Origin: Squalus acanthias
Taxonomy: Eukaryota
Direction: 5' to 3'
DNA length: 64,000 nt
Assembly (NCBI GenBank): GCA_030390025.1
Contig: JASTWF010000358.1
Coordinates: 124,001-188,000 of the forward strand
Each line of letters begins with the position of its first letter. Position 1 is the stretch's first letter. This document shows, one piece after another, positions 40,334 to 52,300 of the stretch. A model generated the notes under the pieces. That model had not been told where the DNA came from and did not search any database. It saw nothing but the letters and a program-made list of their open reading frames with translations. Position numbers and translations under genes: made by a program.

Positions 40334-43300
40334 AGGCAGAGTCCCAGAAAGAGGCAGAGTCCCAGGGAGACAGAGTCCCAGAGAGAGGCAGAGTCCCAGA
40401 GATACATAGTCCCAGAGAGAGAGTCCCAGATAGACAGAGTGCCAGAGAGAGAGAGAGAGTCGCAGAGTGACAGATTACCCTAGAGAGGCAGAGTCCCAGA
40501 GAGACAGAGTCCCAGAGAGACAGTGTCCCAGAGAGAAGCAGTGTCCCAGAAAGAGGCAGAGTCCCTGAGAGAGGCAGAGTCCAGAGAGAGGCAGTGTCCC
40601 AGAGAGGCAGAGTCCCAGAGAGAGAGAGAGAGTCCCAGAAAGAAGCAGAGTCCCAAGGATGCACCCAGAGAGAGGCAGAGTCCCAGAGAGACAGATTCCC
40701 AGAGAGAGAGAGAGAGAGTCACAGAAAGAGGCAGAATCCCAGCGATACAGAGTCCCAGAGAAAGGCAGAGTCCCATAGAGAGGCAGGGTCCGAGAGAGAC
40801 AGAGTCGCAGAGAGAGGCAGAGACCCAGAGACAAGAGTCCCAGAGAGAAGCAGAGTCTCAGAGAGACAGAGTCCAAGAGAGAAGCAGATTCTCAGACAGA
40901 CAGAGTCCCAGAGAGAGAGAGATATCCAGAAAGAGGCAGAGTCCCAGAGATACAGAGTCCCAGAGAGAGGTAGAGTCTTGGAGAGACAGATTCCCAGAGA
41001 GACAGATTCCCAGAGAGAGGCAGGGTCTCCGAGAGACAGAGTCCCAGAAAGAGGCAAAGTCCCAGGGAGAGGCAGAGTCCCAGAAAGAGGCAGAGTCCCA
41101 GAGAGACAGAGACCCAGAGAGAGGCAGAGTCCCAGAGAGACAGAGTCTCATAGAGAGTCATAGTCCCAGAAAGAGGCTGAGTCCCAGAGAGAGGCAGTGT
41201 CCCAGAGGGGCAGAGTCCCTGAGAGAGGCAGGGTCCCAGAAAGACAGAATCCCAGAGAGAGGCAGAGTCCCAGAGAGACAGAGACCCAGAGAGAGAGAGA
41301 GATTCCCATAAACTGGTAGAGTCTAGGAGAGACAGAGTCCCAGAGAGAAGCAGAGTCCCAGAGAGACAGTGTCCCAGAGAGAGGCAGAGTCCCAGAGAGA
41401 CAGAGTCCCAGAGAGAGGCAGAGTCCCAGAGAGACAAAGTCCCAGAGAGAGGCAGTGTCCCAGAGATACAGAGTCCCTGAGATAGAGAGATAGTCCCAGA
41501 TAGACAGAGTGCCAGAGGGAGAGAGAGTCCCAGAGAGACAGAGTCCCGTAGAGAGGCAGAGTCCCAGGGAGACAGAGTCCCAGAGAGACAGAGTCCCAGA
41601 GAGACAGAGTCCCAGAGAGAGGCAGAGTCCCAGAGAGGCAGAGTCCCAGAAAGTGGCAGAGTCCCAGAGAGACAGGGTCCCAGATAGAGCCAGAGTCCCA
41701 TAGAGACAGAGTCCCAGAGAGAGGCAGAGTCCGAGAGAGACAGATTCGCAGAGAGAGACAGCGTCCCAGAGAGACAGAGTGCCAGAGAGACGAAGAGTCC
41801 CATAGAGGCAGAGTGCCAAAAAGAGGCAGAGTCCCAGAGAGAGGCAGAGTCCCATCAGAGGCAGTGTCCCAGAGGGGCAGAGTCCCAGTGAGACAGAGTC
41901 CCAGAGAGACAGAGTCCCAGAGAGAGACAGAGTCTCAGAGAGACAGAGTCCCTGAGAGAGAGAGAGAGTCCCAGATAGACAGAGTGCCAGACAGAGAGAG
42001 AATCCCAGAGAGACAGAGTCTCATAGAGAGGCATAGTCCCAGAGAGAGGCTTAGTCCCAGAGAGAGGCAATGTCCCAGAGGGGCAGAGTCCCTGAGAGAG
42101 GCAGGGTCCCAGAGAGACAGACTCACAGAGAGAGGCAGAGTCCCTCATAGACAGAGTCCCAGAGAGAAGCAGAGTCCCAGAGAGACGGAGTCCCAGGCAG
42201 AGGCAGATTCACAGAGAGACAGTGTCCCACGGAGAGGCAGAGGTCGAGAGAGAGTGTCTCAGAGACAGGCAGTGTCCCAGAGAGACAGATTCCCAGAGAG
42301 TATCAGCGTCCCAGAAAGACAGAATCCCAGAGAGAGGCAGAGTCCCAGTGAGACAGATTCCCAGAGAGACAGAGTTGCAGAGAGAGGCAGAGACCCCAAG
42401 AGACAGAGACCCAGAAAGAGGCAATGTCCCTGAGAGACAGAGTCCCAGAAAGAGGCAGAGTCCCAGAGAGAAAGAGTCGCAGAGAGAGGCAGAGTCCCAG
42501 AGAGACAAAGTCCAAGAGAGAGGCAGACTCCCAGAGAGACAGAATCCCAGAGAGACAGAGTCCCAGAGAGAGGCATAGTCCCATAGAGACAGAGTCCCAG
42601 AGAGATGCAGAGTCCGAGAGAGTCAGAGTCCCAGAGAGAAGCAGAGTCTCAGAGAGACAGTGTCCCAGAGAGAGAGTCTCAGATAGACAGCGTGCCAGAC
42701 AGCGAGAGAGTCCCAGAGAGACAGAGTCGCAGAGAGAGGCAGAGTCCCTGAGAGGCAGAGTCCCAGAAAGTGGCAGAGTCCCAGAGAGACAGGGTCCCAG
42801 ATAGAGCCAGAGTCCCATAGAGACAGAGTCCCAGAGAGAGGCAGAGTCCGAGAGAGACAGATTCGCAGAGAGAGACAGCGTCCCAGAGAGACAGAGTGCC
42901 AGAGAGACGAAGAGTCCCATAGAGGCAGAGTCCCAAAAAGAGGCAGAGTCCCAGAGAGAGGCAGAGTCCCATCAGAGGCAGTGTCCCAGAGGGGCAGAGT
43001 CCCAGTGAGACAGAGTCCCAGATATACAGAGTCCCAGAGAGAGACAGAGTCTCAGACAGACAGAGTCCCTGAGAGAGAGAGAGAGTCCCAGATAGACAGC
43101 GTGCCAGACAGCGAGAGAGTCCCAGAGAGTCAGAGTCTCATAGAGAGGCATAGTCCCAGAAAGAGGCTGAGTCCCAGAGATAGGCAGTGTCCCAGTGGGG
43201 CAGAGTCCCTGAGAGAGTCAGGGTCCCAGAAAGACAGAATCCCAGAGAGAGGCAGAGGCCAAGAGAGTCAGAGACCCAGAGAGAAAGAGAGAGTCCCAGA

Positions 43301-46300
43301 AAGAGGCAGTGTCCCAGAGAGACAGATTCCCAGAGAGAAGCAGAGTCCCAGAGAGAGGCAGAGTCCCAGAGAGAACGTGTCCAAGAGAAAAGCAGAATCC
43401 CAAAGAGAGGCAGAGTCCCAGAGAGACAGTGTCCCAGAGAGTAGCAGAGTCCCAGAGAGACAGAGTCCCAGAGAGAGGCAGTGTCCCAGAGATCCAGAGT
43501 CCCTGAGATAGAGAGACAGTCCCAGATAGACAGAGTGCCAGAGGGAGAGAGAGTCCCAGAGAGACAGAGTCCCGTAGAGAGGCAGAGTCCCAGGGAGACA
43601 TTGTCCCAGAGAGACAGAGACCCAGAGAGAGGCAGACTCCCAGAGAGACAGAATCCCAGAGAGAGGCAGTGTCCCAGAGAGAGGCAGAGTCCCAGAAAAA
43701 GGCAGAGTCCCAGGGAGAATGGGACCCAGATAGTTCCAGAGTCCCATAGATACAGAGTCCCAGAGACAGGCAGAGTCCGAGAGAGACAAATACGCAGAGA
43801 GAGACAGCGTCCCAGAGAGACAGAGTGCCAGAGAGAGGAATAGTCCAATAGAGGCAGAGTCCCAAAAAGAGGCTGTGTCCCAGAGAGAGGCAGAGTCCCA
43901 TGAGAGGCAGTGTCCCAGAGGGGCTTAGTCCCAGAAAGTGGCAGAGTTCCAGAAAGACAGAATCCCAAAGAGAGGCAGAGTGTCACAGAGACAGATTCCC
44001 AGAGAGACAGAGTCCCAGAGAGAGACAGAGTCTCAGAGAGACAGATCCCAGAGCTAGAGAGTCCCAGATAGACAGAGTGCCAGACAGAGAGAGAGTCCCA
44101 GAGAGACAGAGTCTCATAGAGAGGCATAGTCCCAGAGAGAGGCTGAGTCCCAGAGAGAGGCAGAGTCCCAGAGGGGCAGAGTCCCTGAGAGAGGCAGGGT
44201 CCCAGTGAGACAGAGTCACAGAGAGAGGCAGAGTCACAGAGAGACAGTGTCCCACGGAGAGGCAGAGGTCGAGAGTCCCAGGGAGACAGATTCCCAGAGA
44301 GTGGCAGCGTCCCAGAAAGACAGAATCCCAGAGAGAGGCAGAGTCCCAGTGAGACAGAGTCCCAGAGAGAGAGATTCCCAGAAAGAGGCAGAGTCCCACA
44401 GATACAGAGTCCCAGAGAGAGGCAGAGTCTCAGAGAGACAGATTCCCAGAGAGACAGAGTCCCAGAGAGAGGCAGAGTCCCCGAGAGACAGAGTCCCAGA
44501 AGGAGGCAAAGACCCAGAGAGACAGTGTCCCAGGGAGAGGCCGAGGCCAAGAGAGACAGATTCCCAGATAGAGGCAGCGTCCCAGAGAGACAGAGTCACA
44601 GAGAGAGGCAGAGTCCCAGAGAGACAGAGTCTCAGAGAGGAGCAGTCTCCCAGAGACAGTGTTCCATAAAGAGGCAGAGTCCCAGAGAGATAAAGTCCCA
44701 GAGAGAGGCAGAGTCCCAGAGAGACAGATTCCCAGAGAGAGAGAGAGAGAGTCACAGAAAGAGGCAGAATCCCAGCGATACAGAGTCCCAGAGAAAGGCA
44801 GAGTCCCATAGAGAGGCAGGGTCCGAGAGAGACAGAGTCGCAGAGAGAGGCAGAGACCCAGAGACAAGAGTCCCAGAGAGAAGCAGAGTCTCAGAGAGAC
44901 AGAGTCCAAGAGAGAAGCAGATTCTCAGACAGACAGAGTCCCAGAGAGAGAGAGATATCCAGAAAGAGGCAGAGTCCCAGAGATACAGAGTCCCAGAGAG
45001 AGGTAGAGTCTTGGAGAGACAGATTCCCAGAGAGACAGATTCCCAGAGAGAGGCAGGGTCTCCGAGAGACAGAGTCCCAGAAAGAGGCAAAGTCCCAGGG
45101 AGAGGCAGAGTCCCAGAAAGAGGCAGTGTCCCAGAGAGACAGAGACCCAGAGAGAGGCAGAGTCCCAGAGAGACAGAGTCTCATAGAGAGGCATAGTACC
45201 AGAAAGAGGCTGAGTCCCAGAGAGAGGCAGTGTCCCAGAGGGGCAGAGTCCCTGAGAGAGGCAGGGTCCCAGGAAGACAGAATCCCAGAGAGAGGCAGAG
45301 TCCCAGAGAGAAAGAGACCCAGAGAGAGAGAGAGATTCCCATAAACTGGTAGAGTCTAGGAGAGACAGAGTCACAGAGAGAGGCAGAGTCCCAGAGAGCA
45401 GCAGAGTCCCAGAGAGAAAGAGTCCCAGATAGAGGCAGAGTCCCAGAGAGACAGAGTCTCAGAGAGGAGCAGTCTCCCAGAGACAGTGTTCCATAAAGAG
45501 GCAGAGTCCCAGAGAGATAAAGTCCCAGAGAGAGGCAGAGTCCAAGAGATAGAGAGTCCCAGAGAGAGAGATAGTCCCAGAGAGACAGGGTCCCATAGAG
45601 AGGCAGAGTCCCAGAGATACAGAGTCCCAGAGCGAGATAGATTCCCAGAGAGACAGAGTCCCAGAGAGACAGAGTCCCAGAGAGAGGCAGATTCTCAGAG
45701 AGACAGATTCCCAGAGTGACAGAGTCCCAGAGAGAGGCAGAGTCCCAGAGAGACAGAGTCCCAGAAAAAGGCAGAGTCCCAGAGAGACAGTGTCCCAGAG
45801 AGAGGCAGAGTCCCAGAGAGACAGAGTCCCAGAGAGAGGCAGAGTCCCAGAGAGAACGTGTTCAAGAGAAAAGCAGAATCCCAAAGAGAGGCAGAGTCCC
45901 AGAGAGACAGTGTCCCAGAGAGTAGCAGAGTCCCAGAGAGACAGAGTCCCAGAGAGAGGCAGTGTCCCAGAGATCCAGAGTCCATGAGATAGAGAGACAG
46001 TCCCAGATAGACAGAGTGCCAGAGGGAGAGAGAGTCCCAGAGAGTCAGAGTCTCATAGAGAGGCATAGTCCCAGAAAGAGGCTGAGTCCCAGAGATAGGC
46101 AGTGTCCCAGTGGGGCAGAGTCCCTGAGAGAGGCAGGGTCCCAGAAAGACAGAATCCCAGAGAGAGGCAGAGGCCAAGAGAGACAGAGACCCAGAGAGAG
46201 AGAGAGAGTCCCAGAAAGAGGCAGTGTCCCAGAGAGACAGATTCCCAGAGAGAAGCAGAGTCCCAGAGAGAGGCAGAGTCCCAGAGAGAACGTGTCCAAG

Positions 46301-49300
46301 AGAAAAGCAGAATCCCAAAGAGAGGCAGAGTCCCAGAGAGACAGTGTCCCAGAGAGTAGCAGAGTCCCAGAGAGACAGAGTCCCAGAGAGAGGCAGTGTC
46401 CCAGAGAGACGGAGTCCCAGGCAGAGGCAGATTCACAGAGAGACAGTGTCCCACGGAGAGGCAGAGGTCGAGAGAGAGTGTCTCAGAGACAGGCAGTGTC
46501 CCAGAGAGACAGATTCCCAGAGAGTATCAGCGTCCCAGAAAGACAGAATCCCAGAGAGAGGCAGAGTCCCAGTGAGACAGATTCCCAGAGAGACAGAGTT
46601 GCAGAGAGAGGCAGAGACCCCAAGAGACAGAGACCCAGAAAGAGGCAATGTCCCTGAGAGACAGAGTCCCAGAAAGAGGCAGAGTCCCAGAGAGAAAGAG
46701 TCGCAGAGAGAGGCAGAGTCCCAGAGAGACAGAGTCCCAGAGAGAGGCAGACTCCCAGAGAGACAGAATCCCAGAGAGACAGAGTCCCAGAGAGAGGCAT
46801 AGTCCCATAGAGACAGAGTCCCAGAGAGATGCAGAGTCCGAGAGAGACAGAGTCCCAGAGAGAAGCAGAGTCTCAGAGAGACAGTGTCCCAGAGAGAGAG
46901 TCTCCCAGATAGACAGAGTGCCAGACAGCGAGAGAGTCCCAGAGAGACAGAGTCGCAGAGAGAGGCAGAGTCCCTGAGAGGCAGAGTCCCAGAAAGTGGC
47001 AGAGTCCCAGAGAGACAGGGTCCCAGATAGAGCCAGAGTCCCATAGAGACAGAGTCCCAGAGAGAGGCAGAGTCCGAGAGAGCAGAGTCCCAGATAGAGC
47101 AGAGTCCCAGATAGAGCAGAGTCCCAGAAAGAGGCAGATTCCCAGAGAGAGGGCAGATCCCAGAAAGAGGCAGAGTCCCAGAAAGAGGCAGAGTCCCAGA
47201 AAGAGGCAGAGTCCCAGAAGAGGCAGAGTCCCAGAAAGAGGCAGAGTCCCAGAAAGAGGCAGAGTCCCAGAAAGAGGCAGAGTCCCAGATAGAGGCAGAG
47301 TCCCAGAAAGAGGCAGAGTCCCAGAAAGAGGCAGAGTCCCAGAAAGAGGCAGAGTCCCAGAAAGAAGGCAGAGTCCCAAAAGAGGCAGAGTCCCAGAAAG
47401 AGGCAGAGTCCCAGAAAGAGGCAGAGTCCCAGAAAGAGGCAGAGTCCCAGATAGAGGCAGAGTCCCAGAAAGAGGCAGAGTCCCAGAAAGAGCAGAGTCC
47501 CAGAAAGAGGCAGAGTCCAGATAGAGGCAGAGTCCCACAAAGAGGAAGTCCCAGAAAGAGGCAAGTCCCCCAGAAAGAGGCAGAGTCCCAGAGAGAGGCA
47601 GAGTCCCAGAGAGAACGTGTCCAAGAGAAAAGCAGAATCCCAAAGAGAGGCAGAGTCCCAGAGAGACAGTGTCCCAGAGAGTAGCAGAGTCCCAGAGAGA
47701 CAGAGTCCCAGAGAGAGGCAGTGTCCCAGAGATCCAGAGTCCCTGAGATAGAGAGACAGTCCCAGATAGACAGAGTGCCAGAGGGAGAGAGAGTCCCAGA
47801 GAGACAGAGTCCCGTAGAGAGGCAGAGTCCCAGGGAGACATTGTCCCAGAGAGACAGAGACCCAGAGAGAGGCAGACTCCCAGAGAGACAGAATCCCAGA
47901 GAGAGGCAGTGTCCCAGAGAGAGGCAGAGTCCCAGAAAAAGGCAGAGTCCCAGAGAGAATGGGACCCAGATAGTTCCAGAGTCCCATAGATACAGAGTCC
48001 CAGAGACAGGCAGAGTCCGAGAGAGACAAATACGCAGAGAGAGACAGCGTCCCAGAGAGACAGAGTGCCAGAGAGAGGAATAGTCCAATAGAGGCAGAGT
48101 CCCAAAAAGAGGCTGTGTCCCAGAGAGAGGCAGAGTCCCATGAGAGGCAGTGTCCCAGAGGGGCTTAGTCCCAGAAAGTGGCAGAGTTCCAGAAAGACAG
48201 AATCCCAAAGAGAGGCAGAGTCTCACAGAGACAGATTCCCAGAGAGACAGAGTCCCAGAGAGAGACAGAGTCTCAGAGAGACAGATCCCAGAGCTAGAGA
48301 GTCCCAGATAGACAGAGTGCCAGACAGAGAGAGAGTCCCAGAGAGACAGAGTCTCATAGAGAGGCATAGTCCCAGAGAGAGGCTGAGTCCCAGAGAGAGG
48401 CAGAGTCCCAGAGGGGCAGAGTCCCTGAGAGAGGCAGGGTCCCAGTGAGACAGAGTCACAGAGAGAGGCAGAGTCCCTCATAGACAGAGTCCCAGAGAGA
48501 AGCAGAGTCCCAGAGAGACAGAGTCCCAGACAGAGGCAGAGTCACAGAGAGACAGTGTCCCACGGAGAGGCAGAGGTCGAGAGTCCCAGGGAGACAGATT
48601 CCCAGAGAGTGGCAGCGTCCCAGAAAGACAGAATCCCAGAGAGAGGCAGAGTCCCAGTGAGACAGAGTCCCAGAGAGAGAGATTCCCAGAAAGAGGCAGA
48701 GTCCCAGAGATACAGAGTCCCAGAGAGAGGCAGAGTCTCAGAGAGACAGATTCCCAGAGAGACAGAGTCCCAGAGAGAGGCAGAGTCCCCGAGAGACAGA
48801 GTCCCAGAAGGAGGCAAAGACCCAGAGAGACAGTGTCCCAGGGAGAGGCCGAGGCCAAGAGAGACAGATTCCCAGATAGAGGCAGCGTCCCAGAGAGACA
48901 GAGTCACAGAGAGAGGCAGAGTCCCAGAGAGACAGAGTCTCAGAGAGGAGCAGTCTCCCAGAGACAGTGTTCCATAAAGAGGCAGAGTCCCAGAGAGATA
49001 AAGTCCCAGAGAGAGGCAGAGTCCCAGAGAGACAGATTCCCAGAGAGAGAGAGAGAGAGTCACAGAAAGAGGCAGAATCCCAGCGATACAGAGTCCCAGA
49101 GAAAGGCAGAGTCCCATAGAGAGGCAGGGTCCGAGAGAGACAGAGTCGCAGAGAGAGGCAGAGACCCAGAGACAAGAGTCCCAGAGAGAAGCAGAGTCTC
49201 AGAGAGACAGAGTCCAAGAGAGAAGCAGATTCTCAGACAGACAGAGTCCCAGAGAGAGAGAGATATCCAGAAAGAGGCAGAGTCCCAGAGATACAGAGTC

Positions 49301-52300
49301 CCAGAGAGAGGTAGAGTCTTGGAGAGACAGATTCCCAGAGAGACAGATTCCCAGAGAGAGGCAGGGTCTCCGAGAGACAGAGTCCCAGAAAGAGGCAAAG
49401 TCCCAGGGAGAGGCAGAGTCCCAGAAAGAGGCAGTGTCCCAGAGAGACAGAGACCCAGAGAGAGGCAGAGTCCCAGAGAGACAGAGTCTCATAGAGAGGC
49501 ATAGTACCAGAAAGAGGCTGAGTCCCAGAGAGAGGCAGTGTCCCAGAGGGGCAGAGTCCCTGAGAGAGGCAGGGTCCCAGGTAGACAGAATCCCAGAGAG
49601 AGGCAGAGTCCCAGAGAGAAAGAGACCCAGAGAGAGAGAGAGATTCCCATAAACTGGTAGAGTCTAGGAGAGACAGAGTCACAGAGAGAGGCAGAGTCCC
49701 AGAGAGCAGCAGAGTCCCAGAGTGAAAGAGTCCCAGATAGAGGCAGAGTCCCAGAGAGACAGAGTCTCAGAGAGGAGCAGTCTCCCAGAGACAGTGTTCC
49801 ATAAAGAGGCAGAGTCCCAGAGAGATAAAGTCCCAGAGAGAGGCAGAGTCCAAGAGATACAGAGTCCCAGAGAGAGAGATAGTCCCAGAGAGACAGGGTC
49901 CCATAGAGAGGCAGAGTCCCAGAGATACAGAGTCCCAGAGCGAGATAGATTCCCAGAGAGACAGAGTCCCAGAGAGACAGAGTCCCAGAGAGAGGCAGAT
50001 TCTCAGAGAGACAGATTCCCAGAGTGACAGAGTCCCAGAGAGAGGCAGAGTCCCAGAGAGACAGAGTCCCAGAAAAAGGCAGAGTCCCAGAGAGACAGTG
50101 TCCCAGAGAGAGGCAGAGTCCCAGAGAGACAGAGTCCCAGAGAGAGGCAGAGTCCCAGAGAGAACGTGTTCAAGAGAAAAAGCAGAATCCCAAAGAGAGG
50201 CAGAGTCCCAGAGAGACAGTGTCCCAGAGAGTAGCAGAGTCCCAGAGAGACAGAGTCCCGGAGAGAGGCAGTGTCCCCAGAGATCCAGAGTCCATGAGAT
50301 AGAGAGACAGTCCCAGATAGACAGAGTGCCAGAGGGAGAGAGAGTCCCAGAGAGTCAGAGTCTCATAGAGAGGCATAGTCCCAGAAAGAGGCTGAGTCCC
50401 AGAGATAGGCAGTGTCCCAGTGGGCAGAGTCCCTGAGAGAGGCAGGGTCCCAGAAAGACAGAATCCCAGAGAGAGGCAGAGGCCAAGAGAGTCAGAGACC
50501 CAGAGAGAAAGAGAGAGTCCCAGAAAGAGGCAGTGTCCCAGAGAGACAGATTCCCAGAGAGAAGCAGAGTCCCAGAGAGAGGCAGAGTCCCAGAGAGAAC
50601 GTGTCCAAGAGAAAAGCAGAATCCCAAAGAGAGGCAGAGTCCCAGAGAGACAGTGTCCCAGAGAGTAGCAGAGTCCCAGAGAGACAGAGTCCCAGAGAGA
50701 GGCAGTGTCCCAGAGATCCAGAGTCCCTGAGATAGAGAGACAGTCCCAGATAGACAGAGTGCCAGAGGGAGAGAGAGTCCCAGAGAGACAGAGTCCCGTA
50801 GAGAGGCAGAGTCCCAGGGAGACATTGTCCCAGAGAGACAGAGACCCAGAGAGAGGCAGACTCCCAGAGAGACAGAATCCCAGAGAGAGGCAGTGTCCCA
50901 GAGAGAGGCAGAGTCCCAGAAAAAGGCAGAGTCCCAGAGAGAATGGGACCCAGATAATTCCAGAGTCCCATAGATACAGAGTCCCAGAGACAGGCAGAGT
51001 CCGAGAGAGACAAATACGCAGAGAGAGACAGCGTCCCAGAGAGACAGAGTGCCAGAGAGAGGAATAGTCCAATAGAGGCAGAGTCCCAAAAAGAGGCTGT
51101 GTCCCAGAGAGAGGCAGAGTCCCATGAGAGGCAGTGTCCCAGAGGGTCAGAGTCCCAGAAAGTGGCAGAGTTCCAGAAAGACAGAATCCCAAAGAGAGGC
51201 AGAGTTTCACAGAGACAGATTCCCAGAGAGACAGAGTCCCAGAGAGAGACAGAGTCTCAGAGAGACAGATCCCAGAGCTAGAGAGTCCCAGATAGACAGA
51301 GTGCCAGACAGAGAGAGAGTCCCAGAGAGACAGAGTCTCATAGAGAGGCATAGTCCCAGAGAGAGGCTGAGTCCCAGAGAGAGGCAGAGTCCCAGAGGGG
51401 CAGAGTCCCTGAGAGAGGCAGGGTCCCAGTGAGACAGAGTCACAGAGAGAGGCAGAGTCCCTCATAGACAGAGTCCCAGAGAGAAGCAGAGTCCCAGAGA
51501 GACAGAGTCCCAGACAGAGGCAGAGTCACAGAGAGACAGTGTCCCACGGAGAGGCAGAGGTCGAGAGTCCCAGGGAGACAGATTCCCAGAGAGTGGCAGC
51601 GTCCCAGAAAGACAGAATCCCAGAGAGAGGCAGAGTCCCAGTGAGACAGAGTCCCAGAGAGAGAGATTCCCAGAAAGAGGCAGAGTCCCAGAGATACAGA
51701 GTCCCAGAGAGAGGCAGAGTCTCAGAGAGACAGATTCCCAGAGAGACAGAGTCCCAGAGAGAGGCAGAGTCCCCGAGAGACAGAGTCCCAGAAGGAGGCA
51801 AAGACCCAGAGAGACAGTGTCCCAGGGAGAGGCCGAGGCCAAGAGAGACAGATTCCCAGATAGAGGCAGCGTCCCAGAGAGACAGAGTCACAGAGAGAGG
51901 CAGAGTCCCAGAGAGCAGCAGAGTCCCAGAGAGAAAGAGTCCCAGATAGAGGCAGAGTCCCAGAGAGACAGAGTCTCAGAGAGGAGCAGTCTCCAGAGAC
52001 AGTGTTCCATAAAGAGGCAGAGTCCCAGAGAGATAAAGTCCCAGAGAGAGGCAGAGTCCCAGAGATACAGAGTCCCAGAGAGAGAGATAGTCCCAGAGAG
52101 ACAGGGTCCCATAGAGAGGCAGAGTCCCAGAGATACAGAGTCCCAGAGCGAGACAGATTCCCAGAGAGACAGAGTCCCAGAGAGAGAGAGTCCCAGAAAG
52201 AGGCAGAGTCCCAGAGAGACAGAGTCCATGAGAGAGGCAGAGTCCCAGAGATACAGATTCCCAGAGAGAGGCAGAGTCTCAGAGAGACAGATTCCCAGAG

